This document shows, piece after piece, positions 23,876 through 33,951 of a stretch of DNA of 64,000 nt. Below the pieces are notes generated by a model, which saw only the letters and a list, made by a program, of their open reading frames with translations, searched no databases and was not told the origin of the DNA. Origin of the DNA: an uncultured Actinomycetota bacterium (GTDB lineage Bacteria; Actinomycetota; Actinomycetes; CAVWCF01); contig CAVWCF010000001.1 in the NCBI GenBank assembly GCA_963753435.1, positions 448,001-512,000 on the forward strand, given 5' to 3'. Both the position numbers and the translations under genes were made by a program. Within the stretch, counting starts at the first letter, position 1; every line of letters begins with the position of its first letter.

Positions 23876-24537
23876 TGCGCATCGTGATCGCCGGCGCGGG
23901 CAAGGTCGGCCGCGCAATCGCCGAGGAACTGGTGTCGTCCGGGCACGACGTGCTGCTCGTCGACCGGGACAACCGGGCCATCCGTCCGGATTCGGTCCCC
24001 GGGGCGGAGTGGATGTGCGCCGACGCCTGCGAGTTCGCAGCCCTGGAGGAGGCCCGGCTCACCGACTGCGACGTCGTGGTAGCCGCCAGCGGCGATGACA
24101 AGGTCAACCTGGTCGTATCCCTGCTGGCCAAGACCGAGTACGGCGTCCCAAAAGTGGTTGCCCGGGTGAATCACCCCCGCAACGAGTGGATGTTCGACGA
24201 GTCCTGGGGCGTCGACGTAGCCGTGTCACAGCCACGATCAATGGTCGCCCTCATCGAGGAAGCCGTGGCCGTTGGTGACGTCGTGCGGCTGATGGAGTTC
24301 AAACACGGCAACGCCAACCTGGTCGAGTTGACCTTGCCGGACGACTCTCCCGCCGCCGGCAAGCGGATCGGTGCCATCAACTGGCCCGTCAACGTTGCGC
24401 CGGTCAGCATCGTCCGCGGTGATCGGGTGATCGCCCCGACTGCCGATGACACGGTTGAGGTCGGCGACGAGTTGCTCTTTGTGGCACCGGCGCAGGCCGA
24501 ACCGGCACTCAAGCAGGTCTTGGCTCCCGGCCCCTAG
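23875..24537 (+). CDS. trkA: TrkA-family potassium uptake RCK protein (CeoC-like)
   Basis: GAGKVG, GDDKVNLVVSLLAKTE and TrkA-C domain; TGATG coupling. Confidence 0.92.
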   Translation: MRIVIAGAGKVGRAIAEELVSSGHDVLLVDRDNRAIRPDSVPGAEWMCADACEFAALEEARLTDCDVVVAASGDDKVNLVVSLLAKTEYGVPKVVARVNHPRNEWMFDESWGVDVAVSQPRSMVALIEEAVAVGDVVRLMEFKHGNANLVELTLPDDSPAAGKRIGAINWPVNVAPVSIVRGDRVIAPTADDTVEVGDELLFVAPAQAEPALKQVLAPGP

Positions 24538-25226
24538 GAGTCGGTGCTCGCCGTCTCCGGCTCAGCGTCGTCGTCTTGCGCCGCTGGCACCGACCGGGGC
24601 GTCTTGCGTAGCACTTGGTAGGTCAGCCAACCCGTCAACGCGAACAACGGCAGGCCCAGCGGGATGCCCGCAAAGCCCAGGGCGGTGACCGCCCCGGCCA
24701 GGTAGAGCGGGATCTGCACTGCCAGCCGAATCGCGAACATCCCGGCCCACAGCCAGGTCACCAGTGTGTACGCGCGCAGCCGCACCGGGTCCTGGCGCCA
24801 AGCGAATCCCTCACCCAGGACCGGCCCCAGGAACACACCCATCAGCGGCCAGCGCACCAGGGCGCTGATGGCGTATGCGCCGCCGTAGGCCGCGTTCTTG
24901 ATCAGTGAGGGTAGGAAGAAGTCCTCAGCTCGACCCGTCCTGGAGGCGATGAAGGCCATCAGGCCGACACCGATCAGGCCCGCAATCGCCTGCTGTACCG
25001 GTCGCCGCTGGATGAGGCTGAGCACGGCCAGCGCGACGCCACATCCCAGCGCGATCCAGGCGGACAATTGGAGATCACTTCCCGTGACCGCGTAGGCCAC
25101 GGCGAAGACCGCTCCGGGTATGCCGGCATCCACCAGGCCACGCGGCCCGCCAAAGAGTTCGGCGACGCCGACCTCCTGGGGGTTGGCGTCGCTGAGTGCC
25201 TCGGGGCGCTTCGGGTCTTGACTCAC
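24534..25226 (-). CDS. DUF3159 membrane protein
   Basis: GGPRG..D, TGRAEDFFL, VRWPLMG and RLAVQIPLY. Confidence 0.88.
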   Translation of the reverse strand: MSQDPKRPEALSDANPQEVGVAELFGGPRGLVDAGIPGAVFAVAYAVTGSDLQLSAWIALGCGVALAVLSLIQRRPVQQAIAGLIGVGLMAFIASRTGRAEDFFLPSLIKNAAYGGAYAISALVRWPLMGVFLGPVLGEGFAWRQDPVRLRAYTLVTWLWAGMFAIRLAVQIPLYLAGAVTALGFAGIPLGLPLFALTGWLTYQVLRKTPRSVPAAQDDDAEPETASTDS

Positions 25227-25501
25227 GGCAGCAACTCATACATCGGATTCACCAGAGCCGTCCCCCGCCGCCAACGCACGGGGCGGCCGCGTACCGCCAG
25301 TCGGGTGCCGGGACGGATGCCGGGGATCGCCCGCCGCCCCAGCCAGACCACCTGCACGGTTTGCTTGTCCACCTGCAGTTCCACCTCGAAGTTGGGTGCC
25401 GCACCCTCCGCGGCCAACCGCAGCGATGCCACCCTGCCTTCGAGCCGGATCTGGCTACGTCGGCGAGCCGCCTCGGCGACATCCGGCGCGGGGGTGCTCA
25501 C
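25223..25501 (-). CDS. OB-fold nucleic-acid-binding protein
   Basis: VVWLGRRAIPGIRPG...NPMYEL; conserved position between DUF3159 and DUF3710. Confidence 0.82.
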   Translation of the reverse strand: MSTPAPDVAEAARRRSQIRLEGRVASLRLAAEGAAPNFEVELQVDKQTVQVVWLGRRAIPGIRPGTRLAVRGRPVRWRRGTALVNPMYELLP

Positions 25502-25510
25502 CCCTTGAGG

Positions 25511-26197
25511 CTACCCGCCGGTAGCGCCACCGCCCGCTGGCGCGGCGCCGGGGTCGCTGGCCTGACTCGGCATCACCAGCGGGATGAGCGAACGCGGCGC
25601 CATGGGTTCGGTGCCGCGATCGACCACGACACCACGCACGACTGCCTCCAGCGACGCACGAACCTCATCGTCGGAGACCGCAGCACCGGTGAAGACCAGC
25701 CGCAGCAACCAGCGTGGCCCGTCCACCCCGGCGAATACCGCCGGTATCTGCTGCTGCTTGCCGTCCGGACCGGTAACGGTCACCACCCCGTGCAACTCCG
25801 GACCGAACGGGCCGTCGATCTCGTCGCAGCTCGCGCCGGACTGCGTCATTGAACTGGCGATATCGGCACGGACGTCCGGCCAAAGCGGATCGGCACGTGA
25901 GGCCGCGAACGCCTGCAGTTGCACCGCACCTTCGTTCATCAAGACCGTGGCCGAGACCACCGTCTTGGTGGCCGGGTCGGCCTCGATACGGATCTGCATC
26001 TCCGCGATTGCCGGGATCTGCAGGCCGCCCAGATTCAGCCGCTCCACCTCGGGGACGGGATCGCTGGCGTCGTAGGGGCCAGACGTGGGCCCCGCCTCGT
26101 CGGCCCGACCCGCCAGATCCTCGGTACCGCCGGCCCCCTCCCCCGGCGGCGCAGCCTCGGTCGTCGTGGCGTCCTGCTTCTTGCGTCGATTGAACAT
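25511..26197 (-). CDS. DUF3710 family protein
   Basis: GPYD, LNLGGL, QLQAFAA, GPFGPEL and GVDGPRWLLR. Confidence 0.88.
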   Translation of the reverse strand: MFNRRKKQDATTTEAAPPGEGAGGTEDLAGRADEAGPTSGPYDASDPVPEVERLNLGGLQIPAIAEMQIRIEADPATKTVVSATVLMNEGAVQLQAFAASRADPLWPDVRADIASSMTQSGASCDEIDGPFGPELHGVVTVTGPDGKQQQIPAVFAGVDGPRWLLRLVFTGAAVSDDEVRASLEAVVRGVVVDRGTEPMAPRSLIPLVMPSQASDPGAAPAGGGATGG

Positions 26198-26198
26198 G

Positions 26199-26654
26199 TC
26201 ACGAACCCCCCGTGTCCGAACCGACTCCGGTCGAACCGAAGCCGCCATCCCCACGCATCGAACCGGGGAGTTTCTCCACCTCGTGAAAGCGCGCCGCCGC
26301 CACCTCTTGGATTACCAACTGCGCGATGCGATCCCCGCGGCGCAACTGCACCGGGTGGATCGGATCCAGGTTGATGAGGCTCACCTGGATCTCACCCCGG
26401 TAGCCGGCATCGATCGTGCCGGGGCTGTTGACCAGGCTCACCCCGTAGCGCACGGCCAGGCCACTGCGCGGGTGGACGAACGCCGCGAATCCGTCCGGCA
26501 GTGCGATGGCGATGCCAGTGGGCAGTAGCACCCGCTGTCCCGGATCCACGGTCGCGTCGACAGTCGTGACCAGATCTGCGCCCGCATCACCCGGGTGGGC
26601 GTAACTGGGCAGCGGTACGTCCGGGTCCAAGCGCTGAACGAGGACATCGGTCAC
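26199..26654 (-). CDS. dut: dUTP diphosphatase
   Basis: [29 protein letters not shown] and [10 protein letters not shown]. Confidence 0.98.
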   Translation of the reverse strand: MTDVLVQRLDPDVPLPSYAHPGDAGADLVTTVDATVDPGQRVLLPTGIAIALPDGFAAFVHPRSGLAVRYGVSLVNSPGTIDAGYRGEIQVSLINLDPIHPVQLRRGDRIAQLVIQEVAAARFHEVEKLPGSMRGDGGFGSTGVGSDTGGS

Positions 26655-27229
26655 GGGTTCACCTCGTACATCCGCGCAGAATGCAGCACCCGGGCCTCGG
26701 TCCGCGCCGCCTCGACGTCCTCAGGCCGCCCGTGGGTGACGAAGTGCTCCAACGGCACCGTCACGAACACCGCCGCGGCCGTGACGGCCACGGGTCCATC
26801 GACGGCGCCGAGGCGCCCGACGGCGCGGGTGTAGATCTTGCGGCGGGCCACGCCGATCACCTCGGCGTCCAGGTACAGGCGCGACCCGACGGGAACTGGG
26901 CGGCGGAAGTCAGTCTCAAGCCGAGCCGTCACCGCCGGCGTCCGCAACAGCCAGATCAACGCGCCCAGAGCCTCATCGAAGGCAGCGGCCAGCAGTCCGC
27001 CGTGGGCCAACCCCGGAGCGCCCTGGTGATGCTCACCGACAGCCAGTTCCGCGGTCAGGGCGACGCCTTCCCCGGCGCGAACCCGCAGGTGCAACCCGGT
27101 CGGATGGTCCTCACCGCACCCGAAGCAAAGCCGGTAGTGCGAGGGGATCTCCTCCCCCGGTCCGGGGGCATCGGGGTGGCGCTCCGGAACCCCCACATCG
27201 GCGGGCGGATCGGTGCTGCGACGACTCAC
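26651..27229 (-). CDS. PaaI/hot-dog family thioesterase
   Basis: CFGCG..HPTGL and [10 protein letters not shown]...DE; GTG 27229 follows TAGGGT. Confidence 0.88.
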   Translation of the reverse strand: MSRRSTDPPADVGVPERHPDAPGPGEEIPSHYRLCFGCGEDHPTGLHLRVRAGEGVALTAELAVGEHHQGAPGLAHGGLLAAAFDEALGALIWLLRTPAVTARLETDFRRPVPVGSRLYLDAEVIGVARRKIYTRAVGRLGAVDGPVAVTAAAVFVTVPLEHFVTHGRPEDVEAARTEARVLHSARMYEVNP

Positions 27230-27280
27230 TCCGCGGACCCTACTGACGACTCTCCCGCGCGCGCTGACAGGCTGCGACTC

Positions 27281-27760
27281 GTGGAGTCCGAACTGACGCA
27301 CTCGGAGCGGCTCTGGGCCCCCTGGCCGTGGTGGGCGGGGGGCCTGGCGCTCATCGCCACCTTGGCCTGGGCGTACGGGTACGCCACCCGCGGCTGGGTC
27401 GGCTGGTTGGTCTTCGGCATCGGCGGGGCGCTCTACCTGTGGTGGCTGTGGCGCGCCGCCGCCCCGGTCGAAGTAGGCCCCGATGGCCTGCGCGCCGCCG
27501 GGGCGCACCTGACCCCGGAGTACCTCGGAGCCGTCCTCCCCCTGGATCGCGACGAATCCGCACGTCTGCGCGGAGTCGAGGCGGACCCCCGCGCGTTCCT
27601 CATCCTGCGCGGCTGGATCCCCACTGCCGTGCGGGTGGACGTCGCCGACCCGGACGACCCGGTGCCCTACTGGTACGTGTCCACCCGGCAGCCGGAGCAA
27701 CTGGCGCAGTGCCTCATCCGGCTGCGACCGGATCGCGACCACACGGCGGCCCCCGACTAG
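27281..27760 (+). CDS. DUF3093 family protein
   Basis: HSERLWAPWPWW, ADPRAF..LRGWI and DPDDPVPYWYVSTRQP. Confidence 0.88.
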   Translation: MESELTHSERLWAPWPWWAGGLALIATLAWAYGYATRGWVGWLVFGIGGALYLWWLWRAAAPVEVGPDGLRAAGAHLTPEYLGAVLPLDRDESARLRGVEADPRAFLILRGWIPTAVRVDVADPDDPVPYWYVSTRQPEQLAQCLIRLRPDRDHTAAPD

Positions 27761-27839
27761 GGCAACATGTGTCCGTAGCGACGCGGAGCCGGCCAGTGCC
27801 GGCCCGATGCCGAGCCGACCGGAGGAGCGGGGATCCCTG

Positions 27840-28097
27840 ATGGACCAGATGATGTGGCGCGTGGTCGGGCTGGGTGCCACCTTCGCGGCGGCGGCCCTGG
27901 CGAAGAAGGCGGTCGACATCACCTGGGTAGCCCTGGCCGGGGAGGACCCGCCTTCGGCCGACGATCCCGAAGTCAGCTTGAAGAAGGTGATTGCGTTCAC
28001 GGCGGCGACCGCAGCAGCAGTCGCGGTTGCCCAACTGGTGGCGAATCGCGGAATCGCTCGAGCCAAAGCTGGCTACGGCGTCCAAGCCGCCGGTTAG
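27840..28097 (+). CDS. DUF4235 family small membrane protein
   Basis: W...G......A.K.....W....GEDPP...DP pattern; SD GGAGG upstream. Confidence 0.8.
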   Translation: MDQMMWRVVGLGATFAAAALAKKAVDITWVALAGEDPPSADDPEVSLKKVIAFTAATAAAVAVAQLVANRGIARAKAGYGVQAAG

Positions 28098-28975
28098 GCG
28101 GTTGTGCCGCCCGATGGGTAGCGCGGGTCGGGCTGGACGCCACCCAGGACCGGGGGCGGCCCGCTGATCGCATCCGGCTGCTGACCACCCAATAGGCCAT
28201 GCAGCATGCGCCCACCCCAGCCACCGGTAAGGGGTCGACGCTGGCGCAGGTCCACCCGGATCGAGTCGGCTAGACGGCGCGTCTCGCGGTGGTTGGCAGC
28301 CGCTCCCAGCGCCGCACCCGCAGCCAGTGGGATGAGCGACCACATGGACTTCAGTCCGCGGCGGCGCAGTCCCCAGGTGATCATGCGCCGGCTACCGACC
28401 CCCAGCGCGGTGACGGCAGTGGCCGGTCGCAGTGGGTCCACGCCGCGCCGGTTGGACCAACTCAGCAGGTAGGCGCCGGCCCGCTGGCTCGGCGTACCGG
28501 CGACCCCGGCCCCGTAGACCTCGTGCAACTCGGCGACGAGTTTCACCTCGACAAGGGCCAGCAGGGCCGTCTCCACCGCGAGATGAACGGGAACGGAGAT
28601 GACCGCTGCCGGACCCAGGTGGCTGAACGCGGCGAAAGCGCCCCCCGCCGCGCCGATTCCCCCGGTGGCGATGCTGGCGTTGCGCACCAGGGCGTCGGCC
28701 ATCTCCTCCGTCGACTTGCCGGCATGGTGCTGCCGCAAGGTCTCCGCGTCGCGCAACGGCAAGTACGGCACAGCCTGGGTAACCAGATCGCCCAGCCAAC
28801 GGCCACTGGCGATCGCTCCGGCTCCCGCTGTCCGCGCCGACTCTGCGGTCGCGAGACTGAGTTCGCGCATGAGCCGGCGCCGCTCCGACGGATCGGGGCG
28901 ACCGGACTTGGAGAAGTCCGCGAGCCGACCCAGCAGCGGGCCGACACCGTCGGCCGCGGTCAATGGGTCAGCCAC
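28094..28975 (-). CDS. Actinobacterial hypothetical protein
   Basis: LPLRD..TLR, EVKLVAELHEVYG and AYL.SW..RRG; typical neighbour of DUF4193. Confidence 0.78.
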   Translation of the reverse strand: MADPLTAADGVGPLLGRLADFSKSGRPDPSERRRLMRELSLATAESARTAGAGAIASGRWLGDLVTQAVPYLPLRDAETLRQHHAGKSTEEMADALVRNASIATGGIGAAGGAFAAFSHLGPAAVISVPVHLAVETALLALVEVKLVAELHEVYGAGVAGTPSQRAGAYLLSWSNRRGVDPLRPATAVTALGVGSRRMITWGLRRRGLKSMWSLIPLAAGAALGAAANHRETRRLADSIRVDLRQRRPLTGGWGGRMLHGLLGGQQPDAISGPPPVLGGVQPDPRYPSGGTTA

Positions 28976-28990
28976 CGCTGGTGCCTCCGA

Positions 28991-29290
28991 TCAGGCGGCG
29001 CAGTCGGCGCAGACCGGCTGGCCTTTGTCCTCCGCCGCCAATTGGCTGCGGTGATGCACGAGGAAGCAGTGGGCACAGGTGAACTCGTCGTCCTGGCGCG
29101 GCAGGACGCGGATCGCCAACTCTTCCTTGGACAGGTCGGCGCCGGGCAATTCCATGTTCTCCGCCGCGTCGGCCTCGTCCACGTCCACAGCACCCGACTG
29201 AGCATCGTTGCGGCGCGCCTTGAGTTCCTCGATGCTCTCCTCGACGACGTCGTCGTCGGTCTTGCGTGGGGCGTCGTAGTCGGTCGCCAT
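28991..29290 (-). CDS. DUF4193 family Cys/His metal-binding protein
   Basis: MATDYDAPRK, ELPGADLS and EFTCAHCFLVHHRSQ...CADC. Confidence 0.92.
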   Translation of the reverse strand: MATDYDAPRKTDDDVVEESIEELKARRNDAQSGAVDVDEADAAENMELPGADLSKEELAIRVLPRQDDEFTCAHCFLVHHRSQLAAEDKGQPVCADCAA

Positions 29291-29338
29291 GCCTTCTCCT
29301 ACCGTCTCTGGTGCCTGCAGAACCGTCGGACACCGCAT

Positions 29339-29364
29339 AACGCCGTGCGGCGCCAATTCATGCC
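29339..29364 (-). promoter_or_regulatory. Possible SigR/SigH-like ECF promoter
   Basis: GGCAT-N18-GTT on the minus strand, about 50 bp upstream of DUF4193; one mismatch to GGAAT-N18-GTT. Confidence 0.4.
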
Positions 29365-29481
29365 CGAGCCGGCGCATTGTGCCCTAAACCGACCGAAGAT
29401 GTGCATTCGAAGCGCCAGGACCCGGGTAACTGCCGTGTGTTGCGCTCCGATGGGATGCTCCGCCTAGCGAAAGGGGTTCCG

Positions 29482-30000
29482 ATGCCGGTCTACGCGTTGG
29501 GCGAACACGAGCCACAGATCCACCCGGATGCGTATGTCCATCCGGACGCGGTCGTGATCGGCCGGGTGAGCTTGGGACCCGACTCAACCGTCTGGCCCGG
29601 CGCCGTCCTGCGCGGCGACTACGGCCGAATCGACGTCGGCTCGCGCACCTCCATCCAGGACGGCACGGTCATCCACGCCACCGAGACCCTGGCCACGACC
29701 ATCGGCGATCGCTGCGTGATCGGACACAACGCTCACCTCGAAGGGTGCGTCGTGGAGGACGACGTCCTGGTCGGCTCCGGATCCGTCCTCCTGCATCGGG
29801 TGATCGCCCGCAGCGGTTGCCTGATCGCCGCCGGCGCCGTAGCCACGCCGGGTACGGAGATCCCTGGTCGCGCGCTAGCCGTCGGCGTCCCCGCCGTCGT
29901 GAAGCCGGACCGAGCTGACCCGGCAGACTTCGCCGGCTCGGTTCAGCGCTACATCGACAACGGCAAGCGGTACGCGACGGAGTTGCGCCGACTCTCCTGA
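29482..30000 (+). CDS. Gamma-carbonic-anhydrase-like hexapeptide-repeat protein
   Basis: VLRGD, IQDGTVIH, IGHNAHLEGC and GVPA. Confidence 0.9.
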   Translation: MPVYALGEHEPQIHPDAYVHPDAVVIGRVSLGPDSTVWPGAVLRGDYGRIDVGSRTSIQDGTVIHATETLATTIGDRCVIGHNAHLEGCVVEDDVLVGSGSVLLHRVIARSGCLIAAGAVATPGTEIPGRALAVGVPAVVKPDRADPADFAGSVQRYIDNGKRYATELRRLS

Positions 30001-30054
30001 AGTCCGGGCACGCGACGGATCTGGTCGACCACTGGCCGCTCGGGACCCATCGGC

Positions 30055-30855
30055 TCAGAGCCCGACTTCGGCGATCAGTTCGGCGAAAGCCGGCATCAAC
30101 GCCACCGGGGCGGCGCAGACGAGGGTTGGCGAGCCGTCCACCCGTACCTCAGCGCCGGCCTCGGCCGCGATCAGAGCGCCGGCGGCGTGATCCCACGGCT
30201 GCAGCCCCCGCTCCGCGTAAGCGTCGAGGCGACCGCAGGCCACGGCACACAGATCTGCTGCCGCCGCACCGAACCGCCGGATGTCGCGGACCTGCGGCAA
30301 CAGCTGCGCCACTGCCGCCGCCTGCTCCCCCCGGCGCCCGGAGTCATACGCGAAACCGGTGCCAACCAGGGCGGCGCGCAAATCACTGCAATCAGACACC
30401 TGGATCGCCACACCGTTGCGAAACGCGCCAGCCCCGCGGCGTGCGGAAAACGAATCGCCCCAACTGGGAACCTCGACCGCGCCGGCAACCACGACCCCGT
30501 CGCGCTCCGCAGCCACGGAGACTGCCCAGCCGGGCAAGTCGTACAAGTAATTGACCGTCCCGTCGAGCGGATCGATCACCCAGCGGACCCCGGAGTTGCC
30601 GGAGCGCGATCCCCCCTCCTCGCCCAGGATCGAATCGTTGGGGCGAGCCGCGAGCAGGATGTCGATGAGCAGGCGCTCCGCGGCGGCGTCCATTTGCGTG
30701 ACCACATCCGTGGGGGTGCTCTTGGACTGCACCTGCAAGTGCCGCGGACGGCGCAACAGGAACTGCCCCGCCGCATTAGCCGCATGCTCCGCCAGCGTGA
30801 GCAGGTCGGTGTCCTCGGATTCGAGCCCGTGGACTTCTTCGGGCTCGGCGCTCAC
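30055..30855 (-). CDS. suhB: Inositol monophosphatase family protein
   Basis: DVVT..D, GEEG, WVIDPLDGTVNY, RRFGAAA and WDHAAG. Confidence 0.92.
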   Translation of the reverse strand: MSAEPEEVHGLESEDTDLLTLAEHAANAAGQFLLRRPRHLQVQSKSTPTDVVTQMDAAAERLLIDILLAARPNDSILGEEGGSRSGNSGVRWVIDPLDGTVNYLYDLPGWAVSVAAERDGVVVAGAVEVPSWGDSFSARRGAGAFRNGVAIQVSDCSDLRAALVGTGFAYDSGRRGEQAAAVAQLLPQVRDIRRFGAAAADLCAVACGRLDAYAERGLQPWDHAAGALIAAEAGAEVRVDGSPTLVCAAPVALMPAFAELIAEVGL

Positions 30856-31910
30856 GCGGGCGCCTCCGCAACCACCGGCCGCCATTGCCTGGGGTTGGGG
30901 CAACAGCCCGCCGCGCACGCATCCGGTGCCGGGCCCAGGTCGCTGAGGGCGCTGGGTTCGGCGCCGGAGACGCGCTCCGCCACCAGTTCCACCAGTCCGT
31001 CGACGAAGACCGGCGCGACTCCCGGCGTCGCCGCCCGCCGCCACACCAGGCCGGCCTGGGCGGCCGTTTCGGCGGCCTCGGTGTCAAGGTCGTGGACCAC
31101 CTCCATGTGGTCCGAGACGAAGCCAATGGGCACCGAGACGACTGCGGCTACTCCCTCGGCCGGCAACTGAACCAGGCGGTCGTTGATGTCCGGTTCCAGC
31201 CATGGGATCTGAGGCGCTCCAGACCTGGACTGGTAGACGAGTTCGGCCGGCACCGGGCCCCAGCGTTTCGCTACTTGTTCCGCAACCAGGTCACGGACGA
31301 CCTCATGCTGCGCCACATAGGCCCCGCCGTCGGGACCGCTGGCAGCCGCCGCGGCGCTGGGTATTGAGTGCGTGCTGCAGAGCAGTCGCACCTCGCCGGC
31401 CAGGTCGGTGGGCAAGGTCTGGAGTTGTTCGACGGCTGCGTCGGCGAGTGCGGTCACAAAACCGGGGTGATCGAAGTAAGCGCGAACCTTGTCGATGCGC
31501 GGGCATTCCGCGCCTACCTCGGCCGCTGCAGCAGCCAGGTTCTCCCGGTACTGCCGACAACCGCTGTACGAGGAATATGCCGCAGTGACCACCGCCAGCG
31601 CGTGGCGCACCCCGTCGTCGGCCATCCGCCGCAACGTCGGCGCCAGGAACGGCTCGGAGTTGCGGTTTCCCCAGTACACCGGCAATGGCATCCCCGCCGC
31701 ACCAAGGCGGTCAGCCAACGCGTCCCGCAGGGCCCGGTTCTGGGCGTTGATCGGGCTCACACCACCAACCGCGTAGTAGTGCTCCGCCACGGCCGCAAGC
31801 CGATCATCCGGAACGCCGCGACCCGCGGTCACGCGGCGCAGGAAGGGCATCACCTCGTCCATGGACTCCGGCCCCCCGAAGGAGACGAGCAGCACCGCAT
31901 CTATTGCCAT
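30852..31910 (-). CDS. hemH: Ferrochelatase (coproporphyrin ferrochelatase, HemH/CpfC)
   Basis: SFGGPE, GGVSPIN, SYSGCRQY, HSIP, WLEPD, GFVSDHMEV and C-terminal C..GCC. Confidence 0.95.
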   Translation of the reverse strand: MAIDAVLLVSFGGPESMDEVMPFLRRVTAGRGVPDDRLAAVAEHYYAVGGVSPINAQNRALRDALADRLGAAGMPLPVYWGNRNSEPFLAPTLRRMADDGVRHALAVVTAAYSSYSGCRQYRENLAAAAAEVGAECPRIDKVRAYFDHPGFVTALADAAVEQLQTLPTDLAGEVRLLCSTHSIPSAAAAASGPDGGAYVAQHEVVRDLVAEQVAKRWGPVPAELVYQSRSGAPQIPWLEPDINDRLVQLPAEGVAAVVSVPIGFVSDHMEVVHDLDTEAAETAAQAGLVWRRAATPGVAPVFVDGLVELVAERVSGAEPSALSDLGPAPDACAAGCCPNPRQWRPVVAEAPA

Positions 31911-31948
31911 GGTGCCGATCCTGGCATCAGCGCGGCTAGCCTGCGCTC

Positions 31949-33175
31949 GTGGCGAGCCCGTACTTGCGGGTGCTCCGCATTCCCGGCGCCTTGGCCTTCT
32001 CCGCGGCCGGCCTGGTTGCCCGCATCCCGCTATCGATGATTTCGATTGCTTTCGTGCTGTTGGTGGAGGACGCCCGCGACTCCTACACCCTCGCCGGGAT
32101 CGTGTCGGCCACCGCCGCGGTCGCGGAGGGCCTGGCCCAGCCGGTCTTCGGGAGGTTGGTCGATCGTTTCGGCCAGTCCCGGGTGATCGGCCCGGAGGTG
32201 TTGGCGCACACAGGGTTTCTGATCACGTTCGTGTGGGCGGTCAACTCCGACGCTTCGGTCTTGGTGTTGATCCTGCTCGCAGTTCTGTCCGGAGCCACGT
32301 TCCCGCCGATCAGCACCCTGGTCCGCGCGCGCTGGAACGCGCTGCTGGAAGGCCAATCCCTGCGCACGGCGTACTCGTGGGAATCGGTGCTCGATGAGTT
32401 GGTTTTCGTGGTGGGCCCGCCACTGGCCACCATCGTGGCCGTTCAGGTCAGTCCCACTGCGGCTGCCCTCGCGATGCTGCTGTTCCTGGTACCGGGAACG
32501 ATCGCGCTACTGGCCCAGCGCCGCACGGAACCGGCAGTGCACGCCGAAGCCGGTCGCGGACCGGGGGCCATCAGGGCCCGGGGCGTGCCGGTCGTGTTCG
32601 CGGTCATGCTGCTGCTGGGAGCGATGTTCGGCGCCGTGGAGGTGGCCACCATCGGCCTAGCCGACGAAGCTGGCACCCCAGGTACGGCCGGGGTCGTGCT
32701 GGCCGTTTACGCCGCCGGGTCACTGCTCGGCGGCCTCGTGTTCGGGCAGTTGCAGTTGCCCTCCAGCACCCGCAGGCAATTGCTCGTCAGTCTCGCCGTA
32801 TTGGCCGGGACCGCCGCGCTGGTGCCGCCGGCGGCCGGCCTGGGTCTGGCCTGGCTGGCTCTTGCGCTGCTGCTGGCGGGCGCGGCGGTGTCGCCGAGTC
32901 TCATCAGCGGCTTCGGGATGGTGACCGAGTTGGTACCGCGTTCGGCGGTGACCGAAGGGCTGACCTGGGCGGGCTCGGGTCTCGTTCTGGGTTTCGCCGT
33001 GGGCACCGCGTCCTCCGGCGCCGGCGTGGACGGAGTGGGCGCCGAGGCGACGTTCTGGATCGTCGCGGTGGCGGCCGCACTCGCGCTGGCGATCGCGTTC
33101 CTCGGCCGAGCCAAACTGCAATCCCCGCGAACTTCACTGGACGCAGTCCGCCCCGGCGAGCCGCCGGGTGCGTAG
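31949..33175 (+). CDS. MFS transporter
   Basis: About 12 hydrophobic segments; motif A GRLVDRFGQ; ESVLDE. Confidence 0.9.
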   Translation: MASPYLRVLRIPGALAFSAAGLVARIPLSMISIAFVLLVEDARDSYTLAGIVSATAAVAEGLAQPVFGRLVDRFGQSRVIGPEVLAHTGFLITFVWAVNSDASVLVLILLAVLSGATFPPISTLVRARWNALLEGQSLRTAYSWESVLDELVFVVGPPLATIVAVQVSPTAAALAMLLFLVPGTIALLAQRRTEPAVHAEAGRGPGAIRARGVPVVFAVMLLLGAMFGAVEVATIGLADEAGTPGTAGVVLAVYAAGSLLGGLVFGQLQLPSSTRRQLLVSLAVLAGTAALVPPAAGLGLAWLALALLLAGAAVSPSLISGFGMVTELVPRSAVTEGLTWAGSGLVLGFAVGTASSGAGVDGVGAEATFWIVAVAAALALAIAFLGRAKLQSPRTSLDAVRPGEPPGA

Positions 33176-33199
33176 GGTGACCGCTTAACGGGAGGACAG

Positions 33200-33943
33200 A
33201 TGCCGCAAGCGGGTCGGCACTGGCAGTTGGAGATCGCCATGGACGCGGAGTTATCGCCTCGGGACATCCAGTCCCGAGTTCGGCGCGGGGAAGATCCGCT
33301 GGACATCGCCGCGGCAGCGGGCGTCCCCGCCGAACGCGTCGAGCGCTACGCCCGGCCAATTCTGGGCGAGCGGGCGCACATCGTCGCCCTGGCGCGCGGC
33401 AGCGCCCTGGACCCCGGATCCCTGGACGGTGGCACGACCCTGGCGCACCGCGCCGACGAAGCGTTGGAGACCCTCGGTGCCGAGGACGTGGACTGGGACT
33501 CCCACCGAGACGACGACGGGCGCTGGAATGTGCACGTCACGTTCACCCGTGACGGCGCCGAGCGGGTAGCGAGTTGGTGGTTCGACCCGGCTACTCGGTC
33601 CCTAAGCGCCGCCGACGCCGAAGCCGTGGCCATCGAGGAACCCGGGGGCGACGTCCTGCCGCTGACGCGCAGGCGACCCGCGACCGCCAAGCCCAAGGCG
33701 GCGGAGGCGGAGGCCGCACCTGCGCCCATGCTGCCGGAACCAGAGGAACTACCCGAGCCGGACAAGGACGACGCCGCGGGCCAAGTTGGTGGAGTGGACG
33801 AATCCGCCGCCAGCGGGGATTCGGACGCTGACGCACCGGCTGAGGACTCCCCCGCTGCGGAATCGGGCCGCCGGGGTCGACGCAAGCGGGCCAGCGTCCC
33901 CAGCTGGGACGACATCGTCTTCGGCGCCCGTAAGGACGACTGA
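33200..33943 (+). CDS. sepH: Septation protein SepH (DUF3071), short N-terminus
   Basis: LSPRDIQSRVRRG...VERYARPILGER HTH region, WDS, C-terminal RASVPSWDDIVFG; SD GGAGG. Confidence 0.85.
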   Translation: MPQAGRHWQLEIAMDAELSPRDIQSRVRRGEDPLDIAAAAGVPAERVERYARPILGERAHIVALARGSALDPGSLDGGTTLAHRADEALETLGAEDVDWDSHRDDDGRWNVHVTFTRDGAERVASWWFDPATRSLSAADAEAVAIEEPGGDVLPLTRRRPATAKPKAAEAEAAPAPMLPEPEELPEPDKDDAAGQVGGVDESAASGDSDADAPAEDSPAAESGRRGRRKRASVPSWDDIVFGARKDD

Positions 33944-33951
33944 CTCCCGGC

